NCBI GenBank assembly: GCA_035543335.1
Contig: DASZZH010000036.1
Span: 10,528 to 74,527, forward strand
Source: Burkholderiales bacterium
Lineage (GTDB): Bacteria; Pseudomonadota; Gammaproteobacteria; Burkholderiales; JAHFRG01
Direction: 5' to 3'
Length of the DNA stretch: 64,000 bases
A program made the translations under genes and the position numbers. Position 1 is the stretch's first letter, and each line of letters starts with the position of its first letter. The notes under the pieces are model-generated. The model searched no databases. It was not told the DNA's origin and saw only the letters and a program-made list of their open reading frames with translations. This document shows positions 46,127-55,574 of the stretch, piece by piece.

Positions 46127-47982
46127 GCCTCATGCAGCAGTATTTTACCAACACAAGCTTAAGCGGGAACCCGCCGCAGGTCGACATCATCCCGGTCGAA
46201 GCGGCGGGAACCCTGAGCGGGCTTTTCCGCGAGCGCGTCAGGCGCACGCCGGATGGCGTGGCCTATCGCGATTTCAATCTGAAGCACGGCAACTGGCGCG
46301 ATTACACCTGGGCGCAGATGCAAAGACAGATTGCGCGCTGGCAGGCGGCGTTGAAACGCGAGCAGCTTGATCCCGGTGATCGGGTGGCGCTGATGCTGCG
46401 TAACTGCCCGTCATGGGTGACGATGGACCAGGCGTCCTTGGGTTTGGGACTGGTGGTGGTGCCGCTTTATACCGTTGACCGGCCGGACAACGTGGCTTAT
46501 ATCCTGAAAGATGCCGGGGTCAAAGTGCTGCTCCTGGAAAACCGGAAGCAATGGAAAGAGCTTGAAGCGATACGCGAGCAGTGGGAAGACTGCGGCCTGC
46601 AGCGCATTCTGGTGCTGAATGGCATCGACGCCGCTGACAGAAACGATGCGCGTCTCGCAGCGGTGGAAGGCTGGCTTCCCGAGGAGGGCGCGGAGGAAAT
46701 GGAAACGCTGGGGAAAACCGACGAGCTTGCCACTATCGTCTATACTTCCGGCACCACCGGCCGGCCCAAGGGCGTGATGCTCTCGCACCACAACATCCTT
46801 TCCAACGCCTACAGCACGCTCCAGAGTATTCAGGCGGGGACCGATGATTTATTTCTGTCGTTTTTGCCGCTATCGCACACTTTCGAGCGCACTGTGGGTT
46901 ATTACCTGACGGTGATGGCGGGCGCCACGGTGGCGTACGCGCGCTCGATAACGCAGCTTGCGGAAGATTTGACCTGCATACGGCCGACGCTCTTGATTTC
47001 GGTGCCGCGCATTTACGAGCGGGTTTATGGCGGCATCAAGGCCAAGCTGGATGAAGGGTCGGCAGTCAAACGCTTCCTGTTCAATTTGACCGTGAAGGTG
47101 GGCTGGAGCCGCTTCGAGCGTGCGCAGAAACGCGGACCCTGGCGCGCATCGCATCTGCTGTGGCCGCTGCTTGATCGGTTGGTGGCGTCGAAGGTTATGG
47201 CCAGGCTCGGCGGCAGACTTCGCGGTGCGCTTTCCGGCGGCGCGGCGCTGCCGCCCAACATTTCCAGAATTTTCATCGGTCTGGGGCTGCCGCTGGTGCA
47301 GGGTTATGGCTTGACCGAAACCAGTCCCGTGGCGTGCTGCAACCGCATGGATAACAACGTACCCGCGAGCATAGGGCTGCCGATACCGGGTGTGGAAGTA
47401 AAAATCGGAGAGAAAGACGCGCTGCTGATCAAAGGTCCGAACGTGATGCTGGGTTACTGGAACAATCCGGAAGCGACCAAAGCGATGATTGCGCCCGACG
47501 GCTGGCTCAACACCGGGGACACGGCGCGGATTGACGAGGAAGGCCGGGTTTACATCACCGGCCGGCTCAAGGAAATCATCGTCATGTCGAATGGTGAAAA
47601 AATCCCGCCGGTGGACATGGAAGCCGCGATTGCGCGCGACCCGCTGTTCGAGCAGACCTTGGTGCTGGGCGAAGGAAAACCCTTCCTCGCGGTGCTTGCG
47701 GTGCTCAACGCCGAACAATGGAAAAAAACCGCGCGCGAAGCCGGCCTCGACCCGCAATCGGCGACGGCTTTGCATGATGAAACGGCGGAAAAACTAGTGC
47801 TGGAACGCATTGCACGGCAGGTTCGGGATTTTCCCGGCTATGCGCAAATCCGGCGCGCGGCTCTATTGCTTGAGCCGTGGACCGTGGAAAACGGGCTGCT
47901 CACGCCCACGCTGAAATTGCGCCGGCCACGGGTGATGGAGCAGTATAGGGACAAAATCGCGAAACTTTATGAGGGGCATTAG
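46123..47982 (+). CDS. long-chain acyl-CoA synthetase (AMP-forming, ACSL-like, 619 aa)
   Basis: IVYTSGTTGRPKGVMLSH, GYGLTETS, GWLNTGD. ATGA overlap with the SDR gene. Its stop TAG abuts the MITE copy B terminus. Confidence 0.9.
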   Translation: MSLMQQYFTNTSLSGNPPQVDIIPVEAAGTLSGLFRERVRRTPDGVAYRDFNLKHGNWRDYTWAQMQRQIARWQAALKREQLDPGDRVALMLRNCPSWVTMDQASLGLGLVVVPLYTVDRPDNVAYILKDAGVKVLLLENRKQWKELEAIREQWEDCGLQRILVLNGIDAADRNDARLAAVEGWLPEEGAEEMETLGKTDELATIVYTSGTTGRPKGVMLSHHNILSNAYSTLQSIQAGTDDLFLSFLPLSHTFERTVGYYLTVMAGATVAYARSITQLAEDLTCIRPTLLISVPRIYERVYGGIKAKLDEGSAVKRFLFNLTVKVGWSRFERAQKRGPWRASHLLWPLLDRLVASKVMARLGGRLRGALSGGAALPPNISRIFIGLGLPLVQGYGLTETSPVACCNRMDNNVPASIGLPIPGVEVKIGEKDALLIKGPNVMLGYWNNPEATKAMIAPDGWLNTGDTARIDEEGRVYITGRLKEIIVMSNGEKIPPVDMEAAIARDPLFEQTLVLGEGKPFLAVLAVLNAEQWKKTAREAGLDPQSATALHDETAEKLVLERIARQVRDFPGYAQIRRAALLLEPWTVENGLLTPTLKLRRPRVMEQYRDKIAKLYEGH

Positions 47983-48378
47983 GGAACCTCTGATTAAATC
48001 CCGCGTGGCCGCGACGGCGGCTTGGCGGGATGCCATGCAAGGAGCGAGGAGGAAATTGTGGTTAACTCCCCACTATGACGACGAGCAACGCCGCAGGGCG
48101 CCAGCGAGCGCCCCGGACTCGGTCTCGCGCAGCGTGGTGCGGGAAGGGACAGCGGCTGCCACAAGCAGCATTTTCGCCTGAGCGCTCTGCTTGCCGCTCC
48201 CGCACCGAGCTTCGCCACCGGGTCGCGGCAGCCCCGTCCCGTTCGGGTTGCGGACGGATTCGGAGTTGGCTTTGTCGCGCGGCTCGGCCGCCATACTACT
48301 GGTCCTTCGCCGCGCTTCGCGCCATCACCCGAATCCGGCGCGCAACGCGGCTCACGAAGGATTTAATCAGAGGTTCCC
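47982..48378. mobile_element. MITE-like palindromic element, copy B (397 bp)
   Basis: Perfect 20-bp termini GGGAACCTCTGATTAAATCC (47982-48001) and GGATTTAATCAGAGGTTCCC (48359-48378). The interior shares acgacgagcaacgccgcagg and gactcgg..cgcgcagcgtgg.gcggg modules with copy C. Confidence 0.85.
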
Positions 48379-48379
48379 C

Positions 48380-48802
48380 ATGACTGAGCGAGAAAAAACC
48401 GTATTGCCGGGCAAGCAGCCCGCCTTGCGCGTGGTGCCGATGCCTTCGGACGCCAACTACGTCGGCGATATTTTCGGCGGCTGGATCATGTCGCAGGTGG
48501 ACATCGCCGGCAGCATCCCCGCCATCCGCCGCGCGCGCGGGCGCGTCGCGACGGTGGCGGTGAATTCCTTCGTGTTCAAGCAGCCGGTGTTTGTCGGCGA
48601 TCTGGTGAGCCTGTACGCTGACATCGTGCGCATCGGCCGCACTTCGATTACCGTGGATGTGGAGGTGTACGCGCAGCGCAATCCGTTGAAGGAAGAATGC
48701 GTGAAAGTCACTGAAGCAACGCTCACCTATGTTGCGGTTGACGAGACCAGAAAGCCCCGTGTAGTGCCAAAGGAGGAGTTTGAGCAGCCGCTCAACCTGT
48801 GA
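48380..48802 (+). CDS. acyl-CoA thioesterase (hotdog fold, YciA-like)
   Basis: ORF 48191..48802 trimmed to ATG 48380, one nt after the MITE end. VVPMPSDANYVGDIFGGWIMSQVDIAG...VFKQPVFVGDLV. Confidence 0.88.
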   Translation: MTEREKTVLPGKQPALRVVPMPSDANYVGDIFGGWIMSQVDIAGSIPAIRRARGRVATVAVNSFVFKQPVFVGDLVSLYADIVRIGRTSITVDVEVYAQRNPLKEECVKVTEATLTYVAVDETRKPRVVPKEEFEQPLNL

Positions 48803-48880
48803 GAGGTCAAGTGAAAAAGGTGCCTGCCTGTTGCACGGGTGTTATGAATCCAGATCTATAATTTGACGAGGGAGACGAAA

Positions 48881-50224
48881 ATGAAAATAAATCTTTTATT
48901 CAAACCGGCGGTTGCAGTTGCTGTGATGGCAATGTTTGGCGCAGCGGCAAATGGCGCGCTGGCCGCCGGTTTTGCCCTGAATGAGCAGAGCGTGAGCGGG
49001 CTGGGCGTGGCTTTCGCCGGCGGCGCGGCGAGCGGTGAAGACGCGAGCACGGTTTTTTACAATCCGGCGGCAATGACGCGCATTTCGGGAACACAGGCGG
49101 TGGTGGGGATTCACGGTATCCTGCCTGATGCCTCGTTCACCAATCAGGGCTCATTTACCGTGGGTGGCCCTTTGACCGGCAGCAATGGCGGCGACCTGGC
49201 AAAGTCGGTTGGCGTGCCGAATTTTTATCTGGTGACCGACATCAACCCAAACATCAAGTACGGGTTTGGGATCAGCGTGCCTTTCGGGCTGACCACAGCC
49301 TACGACGGCAATTGGGTGGGGCGCTACCAGGCGCTCAAAAGCGAGATCAAGACGGTGAATTTGAATCCCAGCCTGGCGTATAAGGTGAATGACCGGATTT
49401 CAGTCGGTGCGGGCTTTAACGCGCAATACATCAACGCCGAGCTCAGCAACGCGCTCGATTTCAGCACGATCTGCCTTGGCCAGCTTGGACCGGCAGTGTG
49501 CGGCGCTTTAGGCTTGGGCGTGCCACAAACCCGGGACGGAGCGGTCAATCTCTCTGGTAACGACTGGAGTTTTGGCTACAACCTTGGAGTGCTGTTCCAG
49601 CTTCCAACCGATACCCGTGTGGGCCTCGCCTATCGCTCCAAGGTTCACCAGACTATAGTGGGCAACGCTTCTTTTACCAACGTTCCCGCGGCGTTCGCCA
49701 CCAATCCCCGCTTTCAGAGCGGCGGCATAAAGGCCAGCGTGACCTTGCCGGATTCCATGTCCCTGAGCGTGGTGCAAGGAGTCGGCGACAGATGGGAATT
49801 GCTGAGCGATGTGACGTTCACCCGCTGGAGCTATTTCAACGAACTGCGGGTGCACTTTGACAACGGTGTCGCGCCGGACGCGGTGACCGTCGAAAACTGG
49901 CGTAATACTTTCCGCGCTTCAATTGGTGCGACCTACCGCTACAGCGATGCATTGAAGCTACGCGGGGGTATCGGTTTTGACCAGAGCCCGGTCAGGGGCG
50001 CCTTCCGCACTGCGCGCATACCCGACAATCACCGCAAGCTCCTGGCGGCGGGCGCGAATTACAAGGTGTCAAAAGCAGGCTCGGTGGATTTCGCGTACCT
50101 GCGCTTATTTGCCAATGATTCCGCGATCAACAACAAACAGCTCGCGACCGGCGGCGGACAATTGATCGGCAACTACACCCTGGATGTGAATATCCTGAGC
50201 TTGCAATACAACCATAACTTCTGA
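48881..50224 (+). CDS. fadL: outer-membrane long-chain fatty acid transporter (FadL/OmpP1/TodX family)
   Basis: Signal peptide then AAGFALNEQSVSGLGVAFAGGAA..EDASTVFYNPAAM. The C-terminus ends in F. Start at ATG after GAGGGAGA. Confidence 0.9.
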   Translation: MKINLLFKPAVAVAVMAMFGAAANGALAAGFALNEQSVSGLGVAFAGGAASGEDASTVFYNPAAMTRISGTQAVVGIHGILPDASFTNQGSFTVGGPLTGSNGGDLAKSVGVPNFYLVTDINPNIKYGFGISVPFGLTTAYDGNWVGRYQALKSEIKTVNLNPSLAYKVNDRISVGAGFNAQYINAELSNALDFSTICLGQLGPAVCGALGLGVPQTRDGAVNLSGNDWSFGYNLGVLFQLPTDTRVGLAYRSKVHQTIVGNASFTNVPAAFATNPRFQSGGIKASVTLPDSMSLSVVQGVGDRWELLSDVTFTRWSYFNELRVHFDNGVAPDAVTVENWRNTFRASIGATYRYSDALKLRGGIGFDQSPVRGAFRTARIPDNHRKLLAAGANYKVSKAGSVDFAYLRLFANDSAINNKQLATGGGQLIGNYTLDVNILSLQYNHNF

Positions 50225-50268
50225 CGGACGGGCCTGTAATCACCTGCCGGGCTAATCCAGGAGCAATC

Positions 50269-52884
50269 ATGTCGCAGGACTCACCCTTTATCGTGCACAA
50301 GGCGGCGGTGCTTGGCGCCGGTGTGATGGGTGCGCAGATTGCGGCGCATTTGGTGAACGCCAATGTTGATGCAATTTTGTTCGAACTCGCCGCAAAAGAA
50401 GGCGCGCAAGAGCGTGGAGCAGGGGCCCCGCGCAGCGGGGATGTGACCGCGGAGGCGCGCATAAAGACCGCGGGTACAAATGGCGCGCCATCGCCCGCTA
50501 CCGCTATGCCGGCAGGCACTGCTCCGCCGTCCGCGGTCGACCCGAATGCCAACGTGCGGAAAGCGGTGGAAGGCCTGAAGAAACTCGAGCCCAGCCCACT
50601 CGCCGCCACCGGGCGCGCGGCGTACATCCGTCAGGCCAACTATGACCAACACCTCGATCTGCTCAAGGGGTGCGACATCGTGATCGAGGCGATTTCCGAG
50701 CGCATGGACTGGAAGGCGGATTTGTACAAAAAAGTCGCGCCTTACTTAAGCGAGCACGCGATTTTTGCCAGCAACACCTCCGGCCTTTCCATCAACAAGC
50801 TGGCGCAGGCTTTTCCCGAAGCCATCCGCCACCGCTTTTGCGGCGTGCATTTTTTCAACCCGCCGCGCTACATGCATCTGGTGGAACTGATTCCGTGCGC
50901 AGGCAGCGATCCGCAATTGCTGGACCGGCTGGAAAATTTCCTGGTCACCACGCTGGGTAAGGGTGTAATCCGGGCCAAGGACACGCCGAACTTCATCGCC
51001 AACCGCGTCGGCTCGTTCGGGATGCTGGCGATGATTCATTACACCCGGCAATTCGGTCTGGGTTTCGATGTGGTGGATGCCTTGACGGGACCGCTCATCG
51101 GCCGCCCCAAGAGCGCGACTTACCGCACCGCCGATGTGGTGGGGCTCGACACCTTCGCGCATGTGATCAACACCATGCGCGATACGCTGCCCGACGATCC
51201 CTGGCACCCGTATTACCAGGTGCCGGCATGGCTGAAGATGCTGATTGACAAGGGCGCGCTGGGGCAGAAAACCAAGGCCGGCATCTACCGCAAAACCGGC
51301 AAGGACATTCATGTCCTCGATCTGGCCAAAGGGGATTACCGGCTCTCGGACGGCACGGCCGATGAAGGGGTGAAGGAAATCCTGAAAAGCAAAAACCTCA
51401 AGGAAAAATTCGCGCAGTTGCGCGCCAATTCCCATCCGCAAGCGCAGTTCCTGTGGGCGATTTTCCGCGAAACGTTCCACTACTGCGCGGCGCATTTGGA
51501 AAGCATCGCCGACAATGCGCGCGATGTGGATCTGGCGATGCGCTGGGGATTCGGCTGGAATCGTGGCCCGTTTGAAACCTGGCAGGCAGCGGGCTGGCGC
51601 GAAGTGGCGAACTGGATTAACGAAGACATCGCCGCCGGCAAGAGCATGACCAAGGCGCCTTTGCCCGCGTGGGTGCTGGAGCGCAACGGCGTGCACGAAC
51701 CGCGCGGGTCGTACGCGCCGCGTGAAAAAGCCTTGAAAGCACGCTCAACTCTGCCCGTGTACCAGCGGCAGCTTTATCCCGATGCGCTGCTGGGCGAGGA
51801 AAGGAAATACGGCGAAACAGTGTTTGAAACCGATGCCGTGCGCATGTGGCATGGGGGCGACGACATCGCCATCGTCAGCTTCAAGAGCAAGATGCACAGT
51901 ATCGGCGACGATGTGCTGGATGGCGTGATGGAAGCGATTGACCGCGCCGAAAAGAATTTTGCCGGTTTGGTGGTTTGGCAGACCGAGCCGCCGTTTTCGG
52001 TGGGCGCCAATCTTTCCAAGGTGGGCGGCTCGAAGAGCAACCGGCAGCCCTCCGCTTTCGGCTCGATGCTCAAGAAATTCAAACGCGAGGTGTCGTCCCT
52101 GGTTCTGAAAGCAGCGCGCAAGCTTAATGTCGCCGACGCGCTGATGGCCGGCAAGCTCGAGCAAGTGGAGCGGGTGGTGGCGCAATTCCAGGAAACCACT
52201 CAGGCGCTCAAATACTCGATGATTCCCACGGTGGCGGCGGTGGACGGGCTGGCCCTCGGCGGCGGCTGCGAATTCATCATGCACTGCGACCGCGCGGTGG
52301 CGACTTTGGAATCCTACATCGGCCTGGTGGAAGCGGGCGTCGGTCTGCTCCCCGCGGGCGGCGGCTGCAAGGAGTTCGCCTTGCGCTCGGTGCAGGATGC
52401 CAAAGGCGGGAACACTTTTCCCTTCCTGCAGAAATACTTCGAGGCTATCGCCACGGCGCAAGTCGCAAAGAGCGCCGAGCACGCCAAGGAGATTGGTTAT
52501 CTTCGCGCCTGCGACAAAATTGTGATGAACCGCTTCGAGCTTCTGCATGTGGCCAAAGCCCAGGCCAGGGCGCTCGCCGAATTCGGCTACCGGCCGCCGC
52601 TCAAGGCGGCCAGCATTCCGGTTGCCGGAAAGAACGCGGCCGCCACTTTCAAGATGGCGATGACCAATATGCTGGAAGGAGGCTTTATTTCCGAGCATGA
52701 CTATTTAATAGGCTCGAAAGTCGCCCACGTGCTGTGCGGCGGCGGCCTCGAGCCCGGCGTTATGGTGGACGAGCAATGGTTCCTCGATTTGGAGCGCGAA
52801 GCTTTCATCGAATTGCTGGCTACCGAGAAGACCCAGGCGCGTATCGAGCATATGCTGAAAACAGGCAAACCTCTGCGTAACTGA
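50269..52884 (+). CDS. multifunctional 3-hydroxyacyl-CoA dehydrogenase / enoyl-CoA hydratase (HAD N-terminal, crotonase C-terminal)
   Basis: AVLGAGVMGAQIAAH Rossmann motif, NTSGLSI, HFFNPP, C-terminal AAVDGLALGGGCEF. It carries an extra Ala/Pro/Gly-rich segment at about residues 46-92. Confidence 0.9.
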   Translation: MSQDSPFIVHKAAVLGAGVMGAQIAAHLVNANVDAILFELAAKEGAQERGAGAPRSGDVTAEARIKTAGTNGAPSPATAMPAGTAPPSAVDPNANVRKAVEGLKKLEPSPLAATGRAAYIRQANYDQHLDLLKGCDIVIEAISERMDWKADLYKKVAPYLSEHAIFASNTSGLSINKLAQAFPEAIRHRFCGVHFFNPPRYMHLVELIPCAGSDPQLLDRLENFLVTTLGKGVIRAKDTPNFIANRVGSFGMLAMIHYTRQFGLGFDVVDALTGPLIGRPKSATYRTADVVGLDTFAHVINTMRDTLPDDPWHPYYQVPAWLKMLIDKGALGQKTKAGIYRKTGKDIHVLDLAKGDYRLSDGTADEGVKEILKSKNLKEKFAQLRANSHPQAQFLWAIFRETFHYCAAHLESIADNARDVDLAMRWGFGWNRGPFETWQAAGWREVANWINEDIAAGKSMTKAPLPAWVLERNGVHEPRGSYAPREKALKARSTLPVYQRQLYPDALLGEERKYGETVFETDAVRMWHGGDDIAIVSFKSKMHSIGDDVLDGVMEAIDRAEKNFAGLVVWQTEPPFSVGANLSKVGGSKSNRQPSAFGSMLKKFKREVSSLVLKAARKLNVADALMAGKLEQVERVVAQFQETTQALKYSMIPTVAAVDGLALGGGCEFIMHCDRAVATLESYIGLVEAGVGLLPAGGGCKEFALRSVQDAKGGNTFPFLQKYFEAIATAQVAKSAEHAKEIGYLRACDKIVMNRFELLHVAKAQARALAEFGYRPPLKAASIPVAGKNAAATFKMAMTNMLEGGFISEHDYLIGSKVAHVLCGGGLEPGVMVDEQWFLDLEREAFIELLATEKTQARIEHMLKTGKPLRN

Positions 52885-52937
52885 GAAGTTGTGATCCCTC
52901 TCCTTCGAGGGTGAGGGTGACAGAGTGGAGAAAAATC

Positions 52938-54134
52938 ATGGCCAAACAAGTTCAGGATGCTTATATCGTTGCCGCCACGCGCACCCCGGTGGGGAAGGCG
53001 CCGCGCGGCGTGTTCAAAAACGTCCGTCCCGATGACATGCTGGCGCATGTGCTTAAAACTTCGCTGGCGCAGTGTCCCGGCCTCGATCCCGCTACCATTG
53101 ATGATGTGATTGTGGGCTGCGCCATGCCGGAAGGCGAGCAGGGGATGAACGTGGCGCGCATCGCGCTGTTGCTCGCCGGTTTCCCCAACCGCGTTTCGGG
53201 AATGACCATTAATCGTTTCTGCTCTTCCGGTCTGCAGGCGGTAGCGCTCGCCGCCGACCGCATCCGCCTCGGCGAAGCGGAAGTGATGATAGGCGCGGGG
53301 ACTGAAAGCATGAGCATGGTGCCGATGGGCGGCAACAAAATCGCGGCAAACCCACGCATTTTCACCGATGAAAATATCGGCATCGCTTACGGCATGGGCA
53401 TCACCGCGGAAAAAGTGGCGGACCGCTGGAAAATCAGCCGTGAAGCGCAGGACCAGTTTGCCCTGCATAGCCATCAGCGCGCGATCAGGGCGACCGAGAG
53501 CGGCGAATTCAAGCAGGAAATCACGCCTTACCCGGTCGTCGAAACCATTCCCGATTTGGCGAGCGGGGAAGTAGTGGAAAAGACCAAGGAAGTGTCGGTG
53601 GACGAGGGGCCGCGCCGCGATACCTCGCTCGAAGCGCTGGGGAAACTTAAACCCGCTTTTGCGGCGAAAGGTTCGGTGACGGCGGGCAATAGCTCGCAAA
53701 TGTCCGATGGCGCCGCGGCGGTGATATTAATGTCTGAAGCGGCGCTCAAGCGTTTCAATCTCAAGCCTCTCGGCCGCTTCCTCGGCTATGCCGTGGCCGG
53801 AGTGCCGCCGGAAATCATGGGCATCGGCCCCAAGGAAGCGATTCCCAAGGTTTTGAAGCAGGTCGGTTTGAAGCAGAACGATCTGTACTGGATTGAGCTC
53901 AACGAAGCCTTCGCCGCGCAAAGCCTCGCGGTGATTCAGGACCTGGGACTCGACCGCACCAAAGTCAATCCCATGGGCGGGGCGATCGCGCTCGGGCATC
54001 CGCTGGGCGCGACCGGCGCCATCCGCACCGCGACTTTGATGCACGGCTTGCGCCGCCATCATCAGAAGTACGGCATGGTCACCATGTGCATCGGCACCGG
54101 CATGGGTGCCGCCGGAGTATTTGAGTCGCTTTGA
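52938..54134 (+). CDS. fadA: acetyl-CoA C-acyltransferase (3-ketoacyl-CoA thiolase)
   Basis: [12 protein letters not shown] (active Cys), [33 protein letters not shown] trimmed to [11 protein letters not shown]. Confidence 0.95.
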   Translation: MAKQVQDAYIVAATRTPVGKAPRGVFKNVRPDDMLAHVLKTSLAQCPGLDPATIDDVIVGCAMPEGEQGMNVARIALLLAGFPNRVSGMTINRFCSSGLQAVALAADRIRLGEAEVMIGAGTESMSMVPMGGNKIAANPRIFTDENIGIAYGMGITAEKVADRWKISREAQDQFALHSHQRAIRATESGEFKQEITPYPVVETIPDLASGEVVEKTKEVSVDEGPRRDTSLEALGKLKPAFAAKGSVTAGNSSQMSDGAAAVILMSEAALKRFNLKPLGRFLGYAVAGVPPEIMGIGPKEAIPKVLKQVGLKQNDLYWIELNEAFAAQSLAVIQDLGLDRTKVNPMGGAIALGHPLGATGAIRTATLMHGLRRHHQKYGMVTMCIGTGMGAAGVFESL

Positions 54135-54243
54135 ATACTGCTTTGATTTTGCGGTAGGATGAAACTATGTTTTGCAAGTCGCTGTCATTAAAGGCGGCTT
54201 TTAGGCCGTCTAATTCTTGTTGGGCGTCAGGGAGGCGCAGGCC

Positions 54244-54666
54244 GTGAGCTCAGGAAAGATCGTCACCGTTTCGGCAACGTTGATCCGGCCACCATGGCGG
54301 CTCATCGTTCAGTCTGAAGTTTCGGCGACACACCAGCGGTTCGATGCGCACCGCTTTTCGAGCCTTCGCGATTTTACGGCGGGCTTACTTACCATTCTCA
54401 ACGCGACACGCCCCGATTTCATGTCTCGTCTCGCGAGTTTGGAAACCGACAAGTGGCAAGAAAGTAAACACAAAGTACGTCCCTATGTCGCTGAGCGCCT
54501 CGATCTCCTCTACATGAATAGCCCTCATCTCGAGAAACACTCGTTCAGTTTTTCCGGGTACTGGATCGCGACAAACCTCGGTCACAAGGAAGTGTCGTCT
54601 CTTGTCCACGCGGCGTGCTCAGCGGCTGGCGTGCGCTACCAAAGCCTTGCCACGCTCAAGCTATGA
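54244..54666 (+). CDS. hypothetical protein (orphan, 140 aa)
   Basis: GTG 8 nt after GGGAGG. No recognisable motif. Lower-GC patch between fadA and the DUF2147 gene. Confidence 0.4.
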   Translation: MSSGKIVTVSATLIRPPWRLIVQSEVSATHQRFDAHRFSSLRDFTAGLLTILNATRPDFMSRLASLETDKWQESKHKVRPYVAERLDLLYMNSPHLEKHSFSFSGYWIATNLGHKEVSSLVHAACSAAGVRYQSLATLKL

Positions 54667-54693
54667 GCCTTACGCCCAACCCTGCGGTCGAGC

Positions 54694-54719
54694 GGGACGC
54701 GCCGCAAGCGGCGCGTCCC
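54694..54719. repeat. perfect 12-bp GC hairpin (GGGACGCGCCGC-aa-GCGGCGCGTCCC)
   Basis: Seen directly. It lies 28 nt after the orphan ORF stop, and no U-tract follows it. It resembles a REP-type palindromic unit. Confidence 0.6.
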
Positions 54720-54759
54720 TCACCTTTCACTAGACATCGCAGTTTCGATTCAAACGCAA

Positions 54760-54990
54760 ATGAAAGGTTGGGTATGCGTTATCTCGAACCAAGCCATGCC
54801 GGGCTTGGTGAAGGTTGGATTTTCAACCAAGGATCCTGAGCTCCGCGCATCCGAGCTAAATAATACGGGCGCGCCCCATCCTTATGTAGTTGACTACGAC
54901 GCTTTAGTCGAAAATTCCCGCGACATCGAGCAGCGCGTTCACAGAGAAGAAATAGGGTCAGACACGACTTATTGTGATGGCGTGCTATAA
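54760..54990 (+). pseudogene. 3'-truncated T5orf172/MUG113 (GIY-YIG-like) domain gene
   Basis: KGWVCVISNQAMPGLVKVGFSTKDPELRASELNNTGAPHPYVVDYDALVENSRDIEQRVHR matches the N-terminal two-thirds of the domain as I recall it (GYVYVLSN..MPGL.KIG.T..DP..R..ELS.TGVP.PF.V....V.D....E..VH). The reading frame then degenerates and stops. Confidence 0.6.
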
Positions 54991-55015
54991 GGTTCTGGTG
55001 GCCGAGAACGATCCC

Positions 55016-55483
55016 GTGAAGAAAATCGGTGCGGGGATACGGTTTTCCATCGTGGCACGCGCCGTGTTCGGGTTGGCGCTGCTTGCGTGCATGCCGGTAA
55101 ACTCTGGCCAGACTCCGGCCGGTGTGTGGAAAATTGTTGACGAGCGTACTGGACAGCCCAACGCCTTGCTGCGGATAGCCGAAACCGGAGGCCGGATTGA
55201 GGGAAAATTCGAGAAAATATTTTTCCAGCCGGGCGATGACCCCAATCCACGATGCGAGAAATGCGAAGGCGCGAATAAAAACCGGCCGCTGCTTGGCATG
55301 ACCATCCTGTGGGGCCAGCAAAAACAGGGAAATGAATACACGGGCCGCATCCTCAATCCGGACAGCGGGGAAATCTACCAGTGCAAACTAATTCTGGACG
55401 AGGACGGCAGGAAACTCAAGGTACACGGCTACGTGTGGGTTCCCCTGTTCGGCCAGACTCAAACCTGGCTGCGGGTGGAGTAA
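55016..55483 (+). CDS. DUF2147-domain periplasmic protein
   Basis: AGVWKIVDERTGQPNALLRI...CEKCEG..KNRPLLGMTILWG...YTGRILNPDSGEIYQCKLILDEDGRKLKVHGY. A GTG start at 55016 gives a signal peptide. The ORF opens at 54974. Confidence 0.8.
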   Translation: MKKIGAGIRFSIVARAVFGLALLACMPVNSGQTPAGVWKIVDERTGQPNALLRIAETGGRIEGKFEKIFFQPGDDPNPRCEKCEGANKNRPLLGMTILWGQQKQGNEYTGRILNPDSGEIYQCKLILDEDGRKLKVHGYVWVPLFGQTQTWLRVE

Positions 55484-55574
55484 TCCAGTCGCCGCGTTGC
55501 GGTCTCGTGCCGCTACTCACCTGTTCGGATAGTTCGGGCGCCGCCGCCCTCGGGCACGAACCATCAGAGATTCC

